A stretch of DNA of 64,000 nucleotides from an uncultured Thermoleophilia bacterium (lineage in GTDB: Bacteria; Actinomycetota; Thermoleophilia; UBA2241), in contig CAVPCT010000003.1 in assembly GCA_963702475.1 (NCBI GenBank), forward strand, positions 800,001-864,000, given 5' to 3'. Positions 62,000 through 64,000 of this stretch are shown here, one piece after another (the stretch's first letter is position 1; each line of letters opens with the position of its first letter). The notes under the pieces were generated by a model. The model was not told the DNA's origin and searched no databases. It worked only from the letters and a program-made list of their open reading frames with translations. Both the position numbers and the translations under genes were made by a program.

Positions 62000-62813
62000 G
62001 CCACCGAGCTACGACGCGATCCTCGTCGACGAGGGTCAGGACTACACCCTTGAGTGGTGGAACACGCTGCGCCTGACCTTGGCCGAAGGCGGCGAGATGC
62101 TCCTCGTCGACGACCTTGCGCAGGACATCTTCGGGCGCAAGGACAACTGGACCGACGAGAAGAAGACGGGCTCGGGCCTGGCGAAGCCGACCAAGCTCAA
62201 GTGCAGCTATCGACTGCCGGCGCCGCTGATTGAGCAGGCCAGCTACTTCGCGGAGCGCTACCTGACGGCAGAGCCGGACGACCTGCCCGTCGCGCCCCCC
62301 GGTCAAGCGGACTTCGTGACGAAACTGCGCTGGGTGCAGACCGACCTCGATGACGCCAGTGAGCTCGTCACTGAGGAGGTCTGCAAGCTCGCCGCTTCGG
62401 CCACTGGTCTCGGGATGACCGAGATCACGGTGCTGACGACCGACGTGCACACCGGAGTTGGCGTGGTCTGGTGCTTGCGCGAGAGTGACATCGAGTGCGT
62501 GACTACATTCAGCATGGACGACGACGGTCCCGACCCAGGCAGAGAAGACACTCGCCTCAAGCGAGCCTTCTTCCTGGGCAACCCACGGCTCAAGGTTACG
62601 ACCGTCCACAGCTTCAAAGGCTGGGAGTCGAGGGCAATCGTCCTTCACCTCAGGCATCAGGCGGACGAGGAGGGCCTGGCCCTTGCCTACACCGGCCTGA
62701 CTCGGCTCAAGCGGTCCGACCATGGGAGCTTCATGACCGTGGTGTGTGCGATGGACGCACTGGCCGACTACGGCAAGGGTTGGCCGGAGTTCGAGGACTC
62801 GCGCTTCATGTAG
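62000..62813 (+). pseudogene. SF1 (UvrD-like) helicase C-terminal part lacking its own Walker A
   Basis: ILVDEGQD, DDLAQDIF, SYR, TVHSFKGWE, YTGLTR. Confidence 0.75.
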
Positions 62814-63332
62814 AGCGGGGAGCCGTTCGGTGACGAGGCAGAAACCTGGATCGTCCAGCACTTTGCCGCACTGACTCTCGGATCGGCCATGCGCGGAGCA
62901 TCCGCCGACCCACCGCAGGGTGGGCCCGGCTCAGGCCGCCGCCAGCGTTGGGCTCGTGCCTCTGAAACGCAGGCGCACCGTGATGGAGATGCCGTCGGGC
63001 GTCGCCTTCCAAGATACCTCGACGTGCTTTCGCGCGAACCCGCCCGCGGTCTTGGCCGCCTTGAAGGCGAACTCCTTGGATGGCTCAAACGGGATGGACA
63101 TCGGGACCCCTCCGGCGTTGCTGAACTTCAGCGACAGTGACGCGTAGTTTAGTACCACGCCGGGACGGGTGTCAAACACGCCGCTGTCGTTGTCGTCTAC
63201 CGCGGTCAGTATCCGTAGACGTCAGCTGCAGTGCCGTGTAAAATATTGCGCATCGAAAGTGGGTCGTCAAGCGCATCACCGTCACTGACTCCGACGCTGG
63301 CAAGGACCGGCCATGGATGTCCAGGAGGCGCG

Positions 63333-64000
63333 ATGGCAGAGAAGACCTACAGCATCACGGAGCTCACCGACCTCACCGACGTGACCGAGCGCACTGTGCG
63401 CTACTACATCACGCTCGGGCTGCTGCCGAAGCCCGAGGGGATCGGCCGCTGGAGTCACTACACAGAGGAGCATCTGAACCGGCTGACGCTCATCCGCAAG
63501 CTTCAGGAAGGGCACATGCCGCTCAGCGAGATCGGCGAGTTCATCAAGGCGCTGGACGCGCAGGAGGCCGAAGCGAAGGCCTCCCAGCGGCACGGCTTCG
63601 GTGAGAAGCTCCGCAAGAAGGGCAAGGGCGAGAAGGCCGGCCCGAGAAGGCGGAGCCAGAGGCGGACGCAGAGACGCAGGACGCCGGCGACGAGGAGGCG
63701 TCGGAGGCCCATTGGTGGTCGTTCGACCCGCAGGCGATCGCCGAGTCGGTCCTCCAGCAGGTCCGTGGAGCGGCAGCTGGCGCGGCCGAGTTCCCCGCGC
63801 ATCGTGCCTAGGAGGGAGCGGTCAGCCCAGAGCGAGACCTCTGAGGTGGGGCAGCGCACGCGGTGGGAGCACATCGTCCTCGCGCCCGGCGTGGAGCTCA
63901 ACGTCAAGGTGACTCGGTCGGGCAAGCAGAAGGCAGCGGTCGAGGCGCTCATCGAGCGCGCGAAGGAGCTCTTCCCGAGGACGAGCCTCGGTCGTCCGAC
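63333..64000 (+). CDS. MerR-type HTH regulator, runs off the window (absent from ORF track)
   Basis: AGGAGG RBS; MAEKTYSITELTDLTDVTERTVRYYITLGLLPKP..YTEEHLNRL; C-terminal RTRWEHIVLAPGVELNV. Confidence 0.85.
   Translation, partial: MAEKTYSITELTDLTDVTERTVRYYITLGLLPKPEGIGRWSHYTEEHLNRLTLIRKLQEGHMPLSEIGEFIKALDAQEAEAKASQRHGFGEKLRKKGKGEKAGPRRRSQRRTQRRRTPATRRRRRPIGGRSTRRRSPSRSSSRSVERQLARPSSPRIVPRRERSAQSETSEVGQRTRWEHIVLAPGVELNVKVTRSGKQKAAVEALIERAKELFPRTSLGRP

Overview
High-GC window whose gene content (PdtaS/PdtaR, leaderless starts, Nif3-RNase H) suggests a deep-branching, probably anaerobic actinobacterium. This taxonomy is inference. At least 20 genes carry single-base frameshifts, which points to an unpolished long-read assembly, so those genes are treated as intact. 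0-35.8 kb: class III aminotransferase end, metallophosphoesterase, three PIN-type TA modules, an ECF sigma/anti-sigma pair with a shared promoter motif in front of lipoprotein genes, an MMPL transporter and an imine-reductase-like enzyme. It also holds a split (archaeal-type) glutamate synthase operon headed by an HdrB-HdrC fusion and preceded by two tandem ANTAR dual-hairpin/terminator elements, the PdtaS-PdtaR (ANTAR) system, KhtTU, an MFS pump, a Nif3-RNase HI fusion, tRNA-Gly and tRNA-Cys. 35.8-54.9 kb: a tRNA-Cys-anchored island with an integrase relic, a kinase-nucleotidase fusion, a BetI-like-regulated PotABCD-type transporter plus an iolG/B/D/E-like cluster ending in an atypical transaldolase (no iolC/iolJ), and a PAS-LuxR/amidase/APC module. 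55-64 kb: decayed accessory DNA with a tRNA-Ile 3' fragment and short repeats, a LicC-like plus CDP-alcohol transferase pair, defence-gene relics and a MerR-type regulator. Best candidates for new biology: the double-ANTAR/small-ORF-gated Hdr-linked glutamate synthase and a kinase-independent, transaldolase-terminated inositol-type pathway.
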